Origin: Anaerolineae bacterium
Lineage (GTDB): Bacteria > Chloroflexota > Anaerolineae > UBA1429
Assembly (NCBI GenBank): GCA_040772225.1
Contig: JAXGYO010000002.1
Location: forward strand, 944,448 to 1,008,447
Length of the DNA: 64,000 nucleotides
Direction: 5' to 3'
Shown here piece after piece: positions 9,727 through 18,975 of this stretch. Both the position numbers and the translations under genes were made by a program. Each line of letters opens with the position of its first letter. The first letter of the stretch is position 1. Under the pieces are notes generated by a model. It worked only from the letters and a program-made list of their open reading frames with translations, was not told the origin of the DNA and did no database searches.

Positions 9727-10917
9727 ATGACAAAGACAAATGGGTTCACCCCGGTTGATATCAAGAGCCTGGGGATTCCCGAGGTTGGCGTCGGCATGCT
9801 CGGTTACCGGTTTATGGGCCGGGCTCATTCAAATGCGTACCAGCGTCTGCCAATGTTCTTTTGGCCGCCGGCGGCTCGCCCTCGTCTGGTTGCGCTCTGC
9901 GGGCGCACGGCCCCGGCTGTGAAGGAAGCGGCACTTCGCTTTGGCTATGAGGGGTATTATACCGATCTGGACCAAATGCTGTCGGATCCCAGGGTCGTGC
10001 TCTTTGACAACTGCGCCTCGGCCGATGCGCACGCTGCCCCTACCCTGGCAGCGATTGCGGCGGGAAAGAATGTGCTGTGCGAAAAACCACTGGCCCCGAC
10101 CGCTGCGGATGCCCGCAAGATGTGGCAGGCAGCTGAAGCAGCCGGAGTCGTCCACATGACCGGGTTCAACTACCGTCTTGTTCCAGCGGTGCGCTTTGTC
10201 CGCGACTTGATCGACCAGGGTATCGTCGGCCAGATTTATTCCTTCCGCGGCTGCTACCTACAGGAGGGCGGCGACAATCCGGATCGACCCTGGAGCTGGC
10301 GCTCGGACAGAAGCCAGGGCGGCTACGGCGCCATCGGCGACATCGGGGTCCACATCATCGACCTTGCTCGGTTTCTCGTAGGCGAGATCACGGCGCTGAC
10401 CGCGATGACACAGACCTTTGTTCGCGAGCGCCCGCTTCCCGAGCGTCCCGGCGAGATGGGCAAGGTGACTGTGGACGACGTTTTTGTCTCCACCGTAGCC
10501 TTTGAAAATGGTGCCATCGGGACCATCGAGGCATCCAAGGTGGCTACCGGACGCAAGAATCAGAATACGTTTGAGATCAATGGCTCCAAGGCCAGTGTGG
10601 TGTTCGATCTCGAACGCCTGAACGAACTCCAGATCTACCTCAAAGAGGGTACGCCTGAGGGACTTCAGGGCTTTAGCACCGTGTCCATCACAGAGCGTGA
10701 CCATCCGTTCTACCAGTTCTGGTGGCCCCACGGCCACATCATCGGATGGGAGCACAGCTTTGTGCATGAGGTCAACATGATGATGCGCGCCATTACGCTG
10801 GGTGAGCCAGTCAGCCCCTACGCGGCCACCTTTGAGGATGGATACCGGGCACTGGCCGTCGGTGAGGCGGCACTCGCCTCGGCCGAATCTGGCAGGCGCA
10901 TCGAACTCAAGTACTAG
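9727..10917 (+). CDS. Gfo/Idh/MocA family oxidoreductase
   Basis: N-terminal Rossmann GxGxxG-like motif (VGVGMLGYRFMGRAHS), EKP motif, typical length. RBS GGAGG. Confidence 0.85.
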   Translation: MTKTNGFTPVDIKSLGIPEVGVGMLGYRFMGRAHSNAYQRLPMFFWPPAARPRLVALCGRTAPAVKEAALRFGYEGYYTDLDQMLSDPRVVLFDNCASADAHAAPTLAAIAAGKNVLCEKPLAPTAADARKMWQAAEAAGVVHMTGFNYRLVPAVRFVRDLIDQGIVGQIYSFRGCYLQEGGDNPDRPWSWRSDRSQGGYGAIGDIGVHIIDLARFLVGEITALTAMTQTFVRERPLPERPGEMGKVTVDDVFVSTVAFENGAIGTIEASKVATGRKNQNTFEINGSKASVVFDLERLNELQIYLKEGTPEGLQGFSTVSITERDHPFYQFWWPHGHIIGWEHSFVHEVNMMMRAITLGEPVSPYAATFEDGYRALAVGEAALASAESGRRIELKY

Positions 10918-10940
10918 ACAGGATTAGGAGAAAGCAAGCT

Positions 10941-11942
10941 ATGAAACTGGGACAGGACATCTACAGCGTGCGGACCAAGGGCTGGGACGCTTTTCAGCTC
11001 CTCGACTACTCGAAAAAGGTTGGCTTGGATTTGGTTCACTTTTCCGACCTTGCACCCTTTGCGAGCCTTGAGGATGACTATCTGGATCGCGTCAGGGCGC
11101 GTGCCGACGAGCTTGGCCTTGCCATCGAAGTGGGCATGCTCTCCATCTGCGAATCGGCCACGATCTTTGACCACTCGCAGGGCTCCGCCGTGGACCAGAT
11201 CACCAAGATGTTGCACGTGGCTGACAAGCTCAAGTCGCCGATCCTGCGTTGCGTACAGGGCTCTTCGGCGGATCGGCAGACCGAACTGCCTTTTGAGGCA
11301 CACATCGAGAACACCATCAAGACGTGCAAGGCGGTCCGCAGCCAGTGCATGGACTTGGGCATCAAGCTCGCGCTGGAGAACCATGCCGGCGATTTCCACG
11401 GTTCTGAGCTGGCTGATCTGATCAAGACGGCTGGTCCGGAGTATGTGGGGGCGTGCATCGATGCCGGTAATCCGCTCTGGGCCGGAGAAAGCCCCTTCGT
11501 GACCCTGGAGCACCTCGCACCCTATATCGTCACCAGCCACGTGCGCGATACCAGCGTATGGCAGCATCCCACGGGGGCCTCTGTACAGTGGGTCGCCATG
11601 GGCGATGGCAACATCGGCATCAAGGATTGGGCAAAACGCTTCATTGAACTATGCCCGAATGTGCCCTTTAGCCTGGAGATCATCACCTCTGCGGCCCCGC
11701 GCGTGCTCGACTATCTCGAGCCTGACGCAGCCTACTGGAAGATGTACCCGGAAACGCCCGCCCGTGAGTTTGCGCAGTTTGAGTCGCTCGTACGCAAAGG
11801 CTTGCCTTACATCAGGCCATGTCTGACGGTCGGCCGTGACATGCCGCCCGAGTACCTCCCCGCCATTGCAGCGCAGCAGTGTATCGACCTGGAGCGCAGC
11901 GTCGCCTTCTGCAAACAGGAACTGGGTATCGGCGAGTCCTGA
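10941..11942 (+). CDS. Sugar phosphate isomerase/epimerase (xylose isomerase-like TIM barrel)
   Basis: XI-like TIM-barrel signature (ALENHAG, DxGN). Confidence 0.75.
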   Translation: MKLGQDIYSVRTKGWDAFQLLDYSKKVGLDLVHFSDLAPFASLEDDYLDRVRARADELGLAIEVGMLSICESATIFDHSQGSAVDQITKMLHVADKLKSPILRCVQGSSADRQTELPFEAHIENTIKTCKAVRSQCMDLGIKLALENHAGDFHGSELADLIKTAGPEYVGACIDAGNPLWAGESPFVTLEHLAPYIVTSHVRDTSVWQHPTGASVQWVAMGDGNIGIKDWAKRFIELCPNVPFSLEIITSAAPRVLDYLEPDAAYWKMYPETPAREFAQFESLVRKGLPYIRPCLTVGRDMPPEYLPAIAAQQCIDLERSVAFCKQELGIGES

Positions 11943-11954
11943 CCGGGTTCACGC

Positions 11955-11990
11955 AAAGGGAGGCGACCCCGGGGGGCGCCTCCCTTGTGC
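11955..11990. terminator. Bidirectional intrinsic terminator between convergent genes
   Basis: AAAGGGAGGCG...CGCCUCCCUU hairpin. Confidence 0.5.
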
Positions 11991-12045
11991 TCGAACCTAC
12001 GGCAAATACATTATATCGCGGACCTATCCACAGCCGCCGACGACC

Positions 12046-12906
12046 TTAACTCGGCCAAATCTCCTCGATCAACGGCCTCAGCATCTTGAGGCCGAGTATC
12101 AGCCCCTCATTCCATCGATCGCCATAGTATGTGCGATCCTCATGCTCAACTGCGATGTCTCCGGTGTAGCCTGCGTCGTGAGCGGTCCTCAGAAGCTCCG
12201 GCCAGTCGATCTGGCCGAGGCCAGGCAGCGTGAAACGCCACCAGTCCGGGCCGTGGACCCCCTGGCGTCTGAGGGCAGCAGCGTCGATCAGGACGTCTTT
12301 GGCGTGCATATGATGGATGCGACTCGCATAGTCACGAAACACCTGGAGATGATCGATACCCTGCCAGACAAAGTGTGATGCGTCATACTCGATTCCGAGC
12401 GCCGGGTTCGGGACAGCCTCAAAGAGGCGGTCATAGAGCCAGGGGGACACCGCCATATTCGCCCAATTGTACGGCCCATAGCCGGTCACCTGTCCCGGCC
12501 AGGGCTCGAATGCCACACGCATTCCCCTGTCGGCTGCCATCGCGGCGATCGGCCCAAAGCGCTCCTCAAAGAGAACAAGATTGTCCTCTACCGCGAGCGA
12601 ATTATCGCGCCCGGTCATGCCGGCGACGACGCTGCAGCCCAACTCTCGCGCGAGGTCCATCGTCCGTCCATAGAAGGCGATGGCTTCTTCAGCAGTGACC
12701 GCAATAGCGTCACCGTAGATCGCGATCGCGGTGACCGAGATCCTCTCACGTGCCAGGGCCTCCTTTATCACGGGCAGGTCCTTCTGCAAGGCAGCCATGC
12801 CAGAGCCAGTCATCCAGCCTACATTGGCCTCCAGCGCATCATAGTTGAGCTTTCTCGCCGTCACGATATTGTCGACCGTCAAGGGCATCAGGTAACCTAG
12901 TTTCAT
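12046..12906 (-). CDS. Sugar phosphate isomerase/epimerase (xylose isomerase-like TIM barrel)
   Basis: XI-like TIM-barrel motifs (HxHAKD, AVEHED). Confidence 0.75.
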   Translation of the reverse strand: MKLGYLMPLTVDNIVTARKLNYDALEANVGWMTGSGMAALQKDLPVIKEALARERISVTAIAIYGDAIAVTAEEAIAFYGRTMDLARELGCSVVAGMTGRDNSLAVEDNLVLFEERFGPIAAMAADRGMRVAFEPWPGQVTGYGPYNWANMAVSPWLYDRLFEAVPNPALGIEYDASHFVWQGIDHLQVFRDYASRIHHMHAKDVLIDAAALRRQGVHGPDWWRFTLPGLGQIDWPELLRTAHDAGYTGDIAVEHEDRTYYGDRWNEGLILGLKMLRPLIEEIWPS

Positions 12907-13062
12907 CCGGCTCTGTCCTTTCAGTACCGCGATAGCTGTGCATGGATGTTACGCCATGCCGCCCGTTGCCACAACTCAGGCGCCTGTTGATGATTCCTTG
13001 ACGAGGCTCCGCGGCGCATCTAGACTGATCGCATGCCACTCTCATAGTAAAGGATGTGCAAC

Positions 13063-13848
13063 ATGCGAAGGAACTTGCTCAAAGAAAAGCTGCAACGCGG
13101 TGAAGCCGTTGTTGGCCCGTTCATGAACTGCTCGTACCCGGCCTTCATAGAGATCGCCGGTCTCGCGGGCTTTGACTTTGCCATCATCGACACCGAGCAT
13201 GGACCCCTGTCGATAGAGACAGCCGAGGATCTCTGCCGAGCCGGACAACTGGCCGGCCTGGATCCGATCGTCCGCGTGAGCGCCAACGATCAGCCTCTGA
13301 TCCAGCGGGCCCTCGATATCGGCTCCGGCGGTGTCCAAGTACCTCAAATAGAGACACGCGCCCAGGCAGAAGCGGTGGTCCGTGCTGCCAAGTACGCGCC
13401 GCTGGGCATGCGCGGCATCTCGCTCTTTACGCGGGCAGGTGACTATACCGTCTATGGTACTGAGGGCCTCACCGACGGGCTGAATGCAGAACAGGTGGTG
13501 ATTATCCACATAGAGGGCGTGCGGGGCCTGGAGAACCTGGATGAGATCGTCACTGTCCCGGGTATCGACGTGGTCTTTCTGGGCCCTTACGATCTGTCAC
13601 AATCTTTCGGCATACCAGGGCAAGTTAACGACCCGAGAGTCGTTCAGGGCATGGAGTCAGCCGTCACCAAGATCCGCGCAGCCGGAAAGGCCGCTGGCAC
13701 TTTTGCGGGCGATGCGGCCACTGCCAGGCGATGGATTGACACGGGGGTGCAATACATCTCGCTCGGAGTCGATGTCGGGATATTCGCAAATGCCTGTCGC
13801 ACTTTGGTCTCTGCCGTCAAAGGTACGACGCCCAGTCGTCCCTGGTGA
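13063..13848 (+). CDS. HpcH/HpaI family 2-keto-3-deoxy-sugar-acid aldolase
   Basis: HpcH/HpaI aldolase motifs (IDTEHGP, VPQIET, RGISLF). The ATG at 13054 is also possible. Confidence 0.8.
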   Translation: MRRNLLKEKLQRGEAVVGPFMNCSYPAFIEIAGLAGFDFAIIDTEHGPLSIETAEDLCRAGQLAGLDPIVRVSANDQPLIQRALDIGSGGVQVPQIETRAQAEAVVRAAKYAPLGMRGISLFTRAGDYTVYGTEGLTDGLNAEQVVIIHIEGVRGLENLDEIVTVPGIDVVFLGPYDLSQSFGIPGQVNDPRVVQGMESAVTKIRAAGKAAGTFAGDAATARRWIDTGVQYISLGVDVGIFANACRTLVSAVKGTTPSRPW

Positions 13849-13897
13849 GGGGCAACCTGACGATAGCGCTCTACTCACATTTCTAGTAGGAGGATCC

Positions 13898-15022
13898 GTG
13901 CGTATCACCGGCGTCGATCTCATCCAGTTTGAATATCTGTCCGCCCACGTGCGCGATGCAGAGGGACATGGGCATCCCGGCCCGCAGCACACGGCCACGG
14001 GCTCCATCGTCCAGATCACTACTGACGAGGGTATCAGCGGGTTTTCCATCGGTGGCGCCCCGATCATGCTCGAGCCGGCGCGCCAGGTGCTGATCGGTGA
14101 AGACCCTCTCTACCGTGAGCGCATCTGGCAGAGGCTGCGCCAATTCCAGCGCCTCTATGGCGCCCCGCTGCACGACCGCTACATGGGCGCCGTGGACCAG
14201 GCGCTCTGGGATATCGGCGGGAAGGTCGCGGGCCTGCCCGTCTTTAAGCTGGTGGGCGGCTATCGGGACACTATCCCCGCCTACGCCAGTACCATGTGCG
14301 GCGACGACATCCCCGGGGGCCTTGATTCCCCCGAAGCATACGCTGACTTTGCCGAGGCATGTGTGGCCGAAGGGTACCGTGCCTTCAAGCTGCACACCTG
14401 GATGGCACCACTGGGCCCCTGCGCCAGGCGCGATGTGGCGGCGTGCGCTGCCGTGCGCGCCCGGGTGGGCCCAGATATAGACTTGATGCTCGACTGCCAC
14501 CATGACTATAGCCGCGCAGAAGCCCTGTATATCGGGCGCGCACTTGAGGAACTCGACTTTCACTGGTTTGAAGAGCCGATGAACGAGCACAGTATGTCCT
14601 CCTATGTCTGGTTATCGAACGAGTTGGATATCCCCGTCGTGGGACCCGAAACCGCCGGAGGATTGTTCTACAATCGCGCCGAGTGGATTATGCAACATGC
14701 CACCGACATCAGCCGCTACGACGTGCACCTTGGGGGACTCACGCCTCTGATAAAGTGCATCCACCTTTGCGAAGCCCACGGCGTTGCCCTGGAGGTGCAT
14801 GGCGGCGGCCATGGTAACCTCCACGCTCTCGGCGCCATGGGCATCCCGGGTGAGTACTATGAGCGAGGACTGCTTCATCCTCACTTTGACTATGAGGGGA
14901 GCCAACCCTGGCTCCAGTCTCTTCCCGACGATATTGACTCGCACGGACAGGTGCACGTGCCGCAGAGTCCCGGCCTCGGGCTGGAGATCGATTGGGAGTA
15001 TGTGAACGCCAACCGTCTGTAG
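13898..15022 (+). CDS. Enolase-superfamily (mandelate racemase/muconate lactonizing enzyme family) protein, probable sugar-acid dehydratase
   Basis: GTG start with RBS AGGAGGA. MR/MLE barrel motifs (DCHH, EEP, GPE). The track ORF from 13541 overlaps the aldolase and was trimmed. Confidence 0.7.
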   Translation: MRITGVDLIQFEYLSAHVRDAEGHGHPGPQHTATGSIVQITTDEGISGFSIGGAPIMLEPARQVLIGEDPLYRERIWQRLRQFQRLYGAPLHDRYMGAVDQALWDIGGKVAGLPVFKLVGGYRDTIPAYASTMCGDDIPGGLDSPEAYADFAEACVAEGYRAFKLHTWMAPLGPCARRDVAACAAVRARVGPDIDLMLDCHHDYSRAEALYIGRALEELDFHWFEEPMNEHSMSSYVWLSNELDIPVVGPETAGGLFYNRAEWIMQHATDISRYDVHLGGLTPLIKCIHLCEAHGVALEVHGGGHGNLHALGAMGIPGEYYERGLLHPHFDYEGSQPWLQSLPDDIDSHGQVHVPQSPGLGLEIDWEYVNANRL

Positions 15023-15106
15023 TTCGCCGCTGAAGTGCGCATCGGCTGAGGGCTGGTTCTACTTGACGCGCAGCCAGCCGTGTGCTATCCTACATGTATC
15101 TCAGGC

Positions 15107-15132
15107 GAGGGTGCCCGAATGGGTGCCCTCGC
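15107..15132 (+). promoter_or_regulatory. Stable 11-bp hairpin (CGAGGGUGCCC-GAAU-GGGUGCCCUCG) in leader/intergenic region
   Basis: Perfect pairing with two G-U wobbles, 85 nt after the enolase stop. Confidence 0.4.
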
Positions 15133-15252
15133 GTGCTTGTTACTGGCAAGGCAGAGACAATGGCCATCGTTTTGAACTGCTTAATCAGGAGGCAGCCTGT
15201 TACCGGCATACACCCGCCCGGGTAGTTTGGCGTTCCAGGTGTCGATGGAGAC

Positions 15253-15288
15253 AAGGCCAGTTATCCCGGTGGAGACTGGTCTTTTTTG
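15253..15288 (+). terminator. Terminator/attenuator hairpin plus U-tract, 55 nt upstream of the HMGL-like gene
   Basis: AAGGCCAGU...ACUGGUCUU stem followed by UUUUUUG. Confidence 0.5.
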
Positions 15289-15343
15289 ATCGCTTTATCC
15301 GGAGCAAGGTTCTCCCCGCAACGGCGTTATAAAGGAGTAATTG

Positions 15344-16741
15344 ATGTTAGAATTTAGCAAAAGAACAAATACACTGGAGCAATCCGAGTACAAGTACAGC
15401 CTGCAAGACGTGGCAAACCCAAACTACTACCGGATGCTGTACAGCTACGACGACGTGCCCAAGATTCCCTTTAACCATCGCCACGTGCCCATGTACCCCC
15501 CGGAGCGGCTATGGATCAGCGATACGACTTTTCGAGATGGCCAGCAGGCCCGCACCCCATACACGGTCAAACAGTCCGTGCAGCTCTTCAAGTTCCTGCA
15601 TGAACTGGGAGGTCCCAACGGGATCATTCGCCAGGCAGAGTTCTTTTTGTACAGCGAGAACGACCGGGCCGCGGTCGAGGCTTGCCGCGCTCTGGGCTAT
15701 GAGTTTCCGGAGATCACCAGCTGGATCCGCGCCACCAAGCAGGACTTTCAGCTTGTCAAGAACATGGGGATTTCTGAGACCGGGATCCTGGCCAGTTGTT
15801 CGGACTTTCACATCTTTAACAAGCTCAAGATGACTCGCGGCCAGGCCATGGACCAATTCCTGGGAGTGGTGAAGGACGCCCTTTCCATCGGCGTCAAGCC
15901 CCGTGTGCACCTGGAGGATATCACCCGCGCGGACTTTTACGGGTTCGTTGTCCCCCTGGCCCTGGAGCTCAAGGCGCTCTCTGACGAGAGCGGTATCCCC
16001 ATCAAGATCCGGGCCTGCGACACGCTTGGCCTTGGCGTGAGCTATCCAGGCGTGGCGCTGCCTCGCAGTGTACCGGGCATCGCCTACGGCCTCTGGCATC
16101 ACGCCGGCTTCCCGAGCGACCTGCTCGAGTGGCACGGCCATAACGACTTTGGCAAGGCGGTCGCCAACGCGGGCACCGCATGGCTCTATGGTATTTCCAC
16201 CGCCAATTGCACGCTGCTCGGCTTTGGCGAGCGGACCGGCAACACGCCATTGGAGGCCATGGTCTTTGAGTACGCGTCACTGCGTGGCTCTTTCGACGGC
16301 ATGCAGCCCCAGTACATTACAGAGATCGCGCGTTACTATGAGAGCGACCTGGGCTATCGTATCCCGCCGATGACGCCCTTTGTGGGCGAGGACTTTAACA
16401 CTACCCGCGCAGGCATCCACGCCGACGGCCTGCTGAAGGATCCGGAGGTTTACAGCGCGTTTGACACGGAGGCCCTGCTGGGCCGCCCTCAGCGCGTGAT
16501 GATCAACCAGTCCTCCGGCGCCGCCGGGCTGTTGCACTGGATCAACGGCTATTACGGGCTACAGGGTCGCCACACCCTGGACAAGCGCGACGCACGTCTG
16601 GCCAGGGTGAACGATTGGGTGCAGCAGCAGTATGCCGAGGGACGCTCAACAGCCATCGGAGACGAGGAGTTGGCGACCGTGATCGCGACTTTGGAGCCGC
16701 AGCTGGACGCCGAACTGCGGGGCGTGCTCGTCACGGACTAG
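15344..16741 (+). CDS. HMGL-like/DRE-TIM metallolyase (pyruvate carboxyltransferase fold), isopropylmalate/homocitrate/Re-citrate synthase family
   Basis: DTTFRDGQQ and HxH (WHGHNDFG) motifs. About 465 aa without a LeuA C-terminal regulatory domain. RBS AAGGAG; ATG at 15344 (the TTG at 15341 was rejected). Confidence 0.75.
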   Translation: MLEFSKRTNTLEQSEYKYSLQDVANPNYYRMLYSYDDVPKIPFNHRHVPMYPPERLWISDTTFRDGQQARTPYTVKQSVQLFKFLHELGGPNGIIRQAEFFLYSENDRAAVEACRALGYEFPEITSWIRATKQDFQLVKNMGISETGILASCSDFHIFNKLKMTRGQAMDQFLGVVKDALSIGVKPRVHLEDITRADFYGFVVPLALELKALSDESGIPIKIRACDTLGLGVSYPGVALPRSVPGIAYGLWHHAGFPSDLLEWHGHNDFGKAVANAGTAWLYGISTANCTLLGFGERTGNTPLEAMVFEYASLRGSFDGMQPQYITEIARYYESDLGYRIPPMTPFVGEDFNTTRAGIHADGLLKDPEVYSAFDTEALLGRPQRVMINQSSGAAGLLHWINGYYGLQGRHTLDKRDARLARVNDWVQQQYAEGRSTAIGDEELATVIATLEPQLDAELRGVLVTD

Positions 16742-16752
16742 TCGCATCATCA

Positions 16753-16788
16753 AGAGAGGGGGCCAGGTGGCCCCCTCTCGCTTTGTAT
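16753..16788. terminator. Bidirectional intrinsic terminator
   Basis: AGAGAGGGGGCC-AGGU-GGCCCCCUCUCG followed by CUUUGU. Confidence 0.55.
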
Positions 16789-16811
16789 CTGTGCAGGCCG
16801 TAGTAGGCAAG

Positions 16812-17732
16812 CTATTTGCGATTTCCGACTGCTGGCGCTACTCCCCTGTAAACCGCCTCAGCCAATGCGATAGCGCCCAGCACACCCGCACGGTCCCCAA
16901 GACCGGGCGGGACGATATACTGGTCTATCGCGGATAGCACCTGATCGACCTGAAGGTAGCCGTTCAACAAGCGCTGTACATTCGACCTGATCATCGGAAA
17001 GAGCTGGCTCTGATGCATGACACCACCGCCCATGATGATGCGCTGTGGCGCTACCGGCAGGAGCAGGTTAACCAATCCGTAAGCGAGGTAGCGTGCTTCC
17101 AGCGCCCAGGCGGGATGATCAGCTGGAAGATCTCTTGCCGGAGCACCCCACCGCTCCTCGATTGCGGGTCCGCAGCACAGGCCCTCCAGACAGTCACCAT
17201 GGTAGGAGCAGTAGCCTTCATACGGGTCCTCGGCGCGATCGTGCGGCACCCGAATATGCCCCATCTCAGGGTGCATCATGCCATGGATCAGCTTGCCGTT
17301 GACCATACCCCCGCCGCCGATACCTGTTCCCACCGTCAGGTAGATGAAGGTATCCAGGCCCTGGGCAGCCCCCCAGCGGTGTTCCCCCAGGGCAGCCACG
17401 TTCACGTCCGTATCAAATCCCACTGGAACGCCCAGCATACGGTGCACGCGCCCGGCAAAGTCCGTCTGAGCCCAACCGGGTTTGGGCGTTGTCGTCACAT
17501 AACCGAACCGCGGAGAACCGGGGTCAGGATCAATAGGTCCGAACGAGGCAATACCTACCCCATTGAGGGGACCGAGGTGCTGTTGCGCCTGAAAGAAAGC
17601 CTGAACCTGTGCCAGCGTGACGTCCGGCGTGTCAGTGTCAAAACGCGCCTCAGCGCGAATATCCTCCGGCCCCGTGCCAATGGCACACACAAACTTTGTG
17701 CCTCCCCCTTCGATACCTCCCAAGAGCGGCAT
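16812..17732 (-). CDS. ROK family sugar kinase (glucokinase/fructokinase-like)
   Basis: N-terminal [11 protein letters not shown] zinc-motif Cys/His cluster (CxCGxxGCxE). Strong RBS AGGAGGAAGG before ATG 17732; the track start at 17756 was rejected. Confidence 0.85.
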   Translation of the reverse strand: MPLLGGIEGGGTKFVCAIGTGPEDIRAEARFDTDTPDVTLAQVQAFFQAQQHLGPLNGVGIASFGPIDPDPGSPRFGYVTTTPKPGWAQTDFAGRVHRMLGVPVGFDTDVNVAALGEHRWGAAQGLDTFIYLTVGTGIGGGGMVNGKLIHGMMHPEMGHIRVPHDRAEDPYEGYCSYHGDCLEGLCCGPAIEERWGAPARDLPADHPAWALEARYLAYGLVNLLLPVAPQRIIMGGGVMHQSQLFPMIRSNVQRLLNGYLQVDQVLSAIDQYIVPPGLGDRAGVLGAIALAEAVYRGVAPAVGNRK

Positions 17733-17876
17733 ACAGCCTTCCTCCTCTTTACTCACTCACCTGCCTTGCGTGCGCGAGGCCGCCCACATGAATCCAAACA
17801 AATAGCGCCCGTCCGGCACAGACATCCTGCAGGATGTGGACCGGAAAGGGCGCCCTGGCACACGCTGACCGCTATG

Positions 17877-18077
17877 CTACTCGGTCTCGTCTTCGGGAGA
17901 CTCTTCCTGTAGATGTCGCTCCAGCCACGAATCAAGATCTGCGCGACGGAACCGCCAGGTGCGGCCGATCTTGATCGCCGGAATCTTGTTGTCCTGCGCC
18001 CACGAATAGATCGTAGACTCTTTAAGCTGCAGATACTGCGCCACCTGCTTGACATTGAGCAGGTTATCCTGTGACAT
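17877..18077 (-). CDS. Helix-turn-helix DNA-binding protein, excisionase/AlpA (MerR-superfamily) type
   Basis: 66 aa. Motif VKQVAQYLQLKESTIYSWAQDNKIPAIKIGRTWRF is typical of Xis/AlpA HTH_17. Confidence 0.7.
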   Translation of the reverse strand: MSQDNLLNVKQVAQYLQLKESTIYSWAQDNKIPAIKIGRTWRFRRADLDSWLERHLQEESPEDETE

Positions 18078-18480
18078 GTCTCCCTCCTCTAGCCCAAGAA
18101 ACTATCGGCCGAAACACTATATTAGGGACCGCAACGCGGAGGCCCTGCCCACCGGAGCCAGTGGCGCTCCATTGATTCAGCGCGCATCACTCCCAGACAT
18201 TATATCTTACGGTAGTGCTTCAGTCAACAAGATATCACCATAACTGTAGAAAAGATCATCAAAAGCATCTATACGGTAGCGCTACACCAACTCTGGATAA
18301 GTAAGCTGACCGAGGCAACAATCTATACGCCCTAACCAATTTGCCAAAGTGAGTGGAAAGGCCGCCACTGAACCGTACTCTATGGACAGTGGCGAAATCG
18401 CACTGGCGTTGTCTGGCATCGTGTGCCGTGTTATACTCACACTGTCGATCCGGAATGCGATGGCCTCGGGAGGCAGCCAC

Positions 18481-18897
18481 ATGTACCAGAAAATCATCAT
18501 CATCGGCAGACTCGGACGCGATCCTGAGATGCGCTATACAGCACAGGGCACCCCTGTAACCAGTTTCTCAGTAGCTACTGATCGCGTATGGAACGATCAG
18601 AACGGTCAAAGGCAGAGCAAAACTACTTGGTTCAGAGTGTCTGCATGGCGTCGCCTCGCAGAAACGTGCAACCAGTACCTTACCAAAGGGCAACTGGTGA
18701 TGATAGAAGGGGAAATACAGGAGCCACGCCCGTACCAGGGTCGCGACGGGGAGTGGCGTGCGTCTCTGGACGTAACGGCCTTCAATATGAAGATGCTTGG
18801 TGGCCGGGGTGACGGCGGCGGCGCACCTCAGGATCGCGAGGCTGATCAGCAAGACAGCAACGGACCGGTCCTCGACGAGGAAGAGATCCCCTTCTAG
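18481..18897 (+). CDS. ssb: Single-stranded DNA-binding protein
   Basis: OB-fold N-terminus (IIIGRLGRDPEMRYT...TTWFRVSAW), Gly-rich linker, acidic C-terminal tail DEEEIPF. RBS GGAGG. Confidence 0.9.
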   Translation: MYQKIIIIGRLGRDPEMRYTAQGTPVTSFSVATDRVWNDQNGQRQSKTTWFRVSAWRRLAETCNQYLTKGQLVMIEGEIQEPRPYQGRDGEWRASLDVTAFNMKMLGGRGDGGGAPQDREADQQDSNGPVLDEEEIPF

Positions 18898-18907
18898 AGT
18901 ATTGCCA

Positions 18908-18944
18908 GGGAGGCCGCGCGTGCGTGGCCTCCCTTTCTCTTTCC
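18908..18944 (+). terminator. Intrinsic terminator after ssb
   Basis: GGGAGGCCGCG...CGUGGCCUCCC followed by UUUCUCUUU. Confidence 0.6.
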
Positions 18945-18975
18945 ACCCACTCATTCTAGAGCGTGGAGTAATCCC

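Noticed and set aside
13541-13897. N-terminal 119 codons of the 493-aa ORF-track frame for the enolase-superfamily gene
   Set aside because: Overlaps the HpcH aldolase gene in another frame. A GTG with a strong RBS (AGGAGGA) at 13898 gives a normal-length enolase-family protein.
15095-15140. T-box leader upstream of the HMGL-like gene (GGGUGCCCUCGCG resembles the T-box GGGUGGUACCGCG)
   Set aside because: The similarity is partial, it lies about 110 nt from the terminator rather than forming its 5' shoulder, and no specifier-loop architecture is evident.
17877-18897. Prophage or integrative element suggested by the Xis-like HTH plus ssb
   Set aside because: No integrase, capsid or terminase genes, no att repeats detected, and the flanks are housekeeping genes. 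Kept only as a low-interest regulatory observation.
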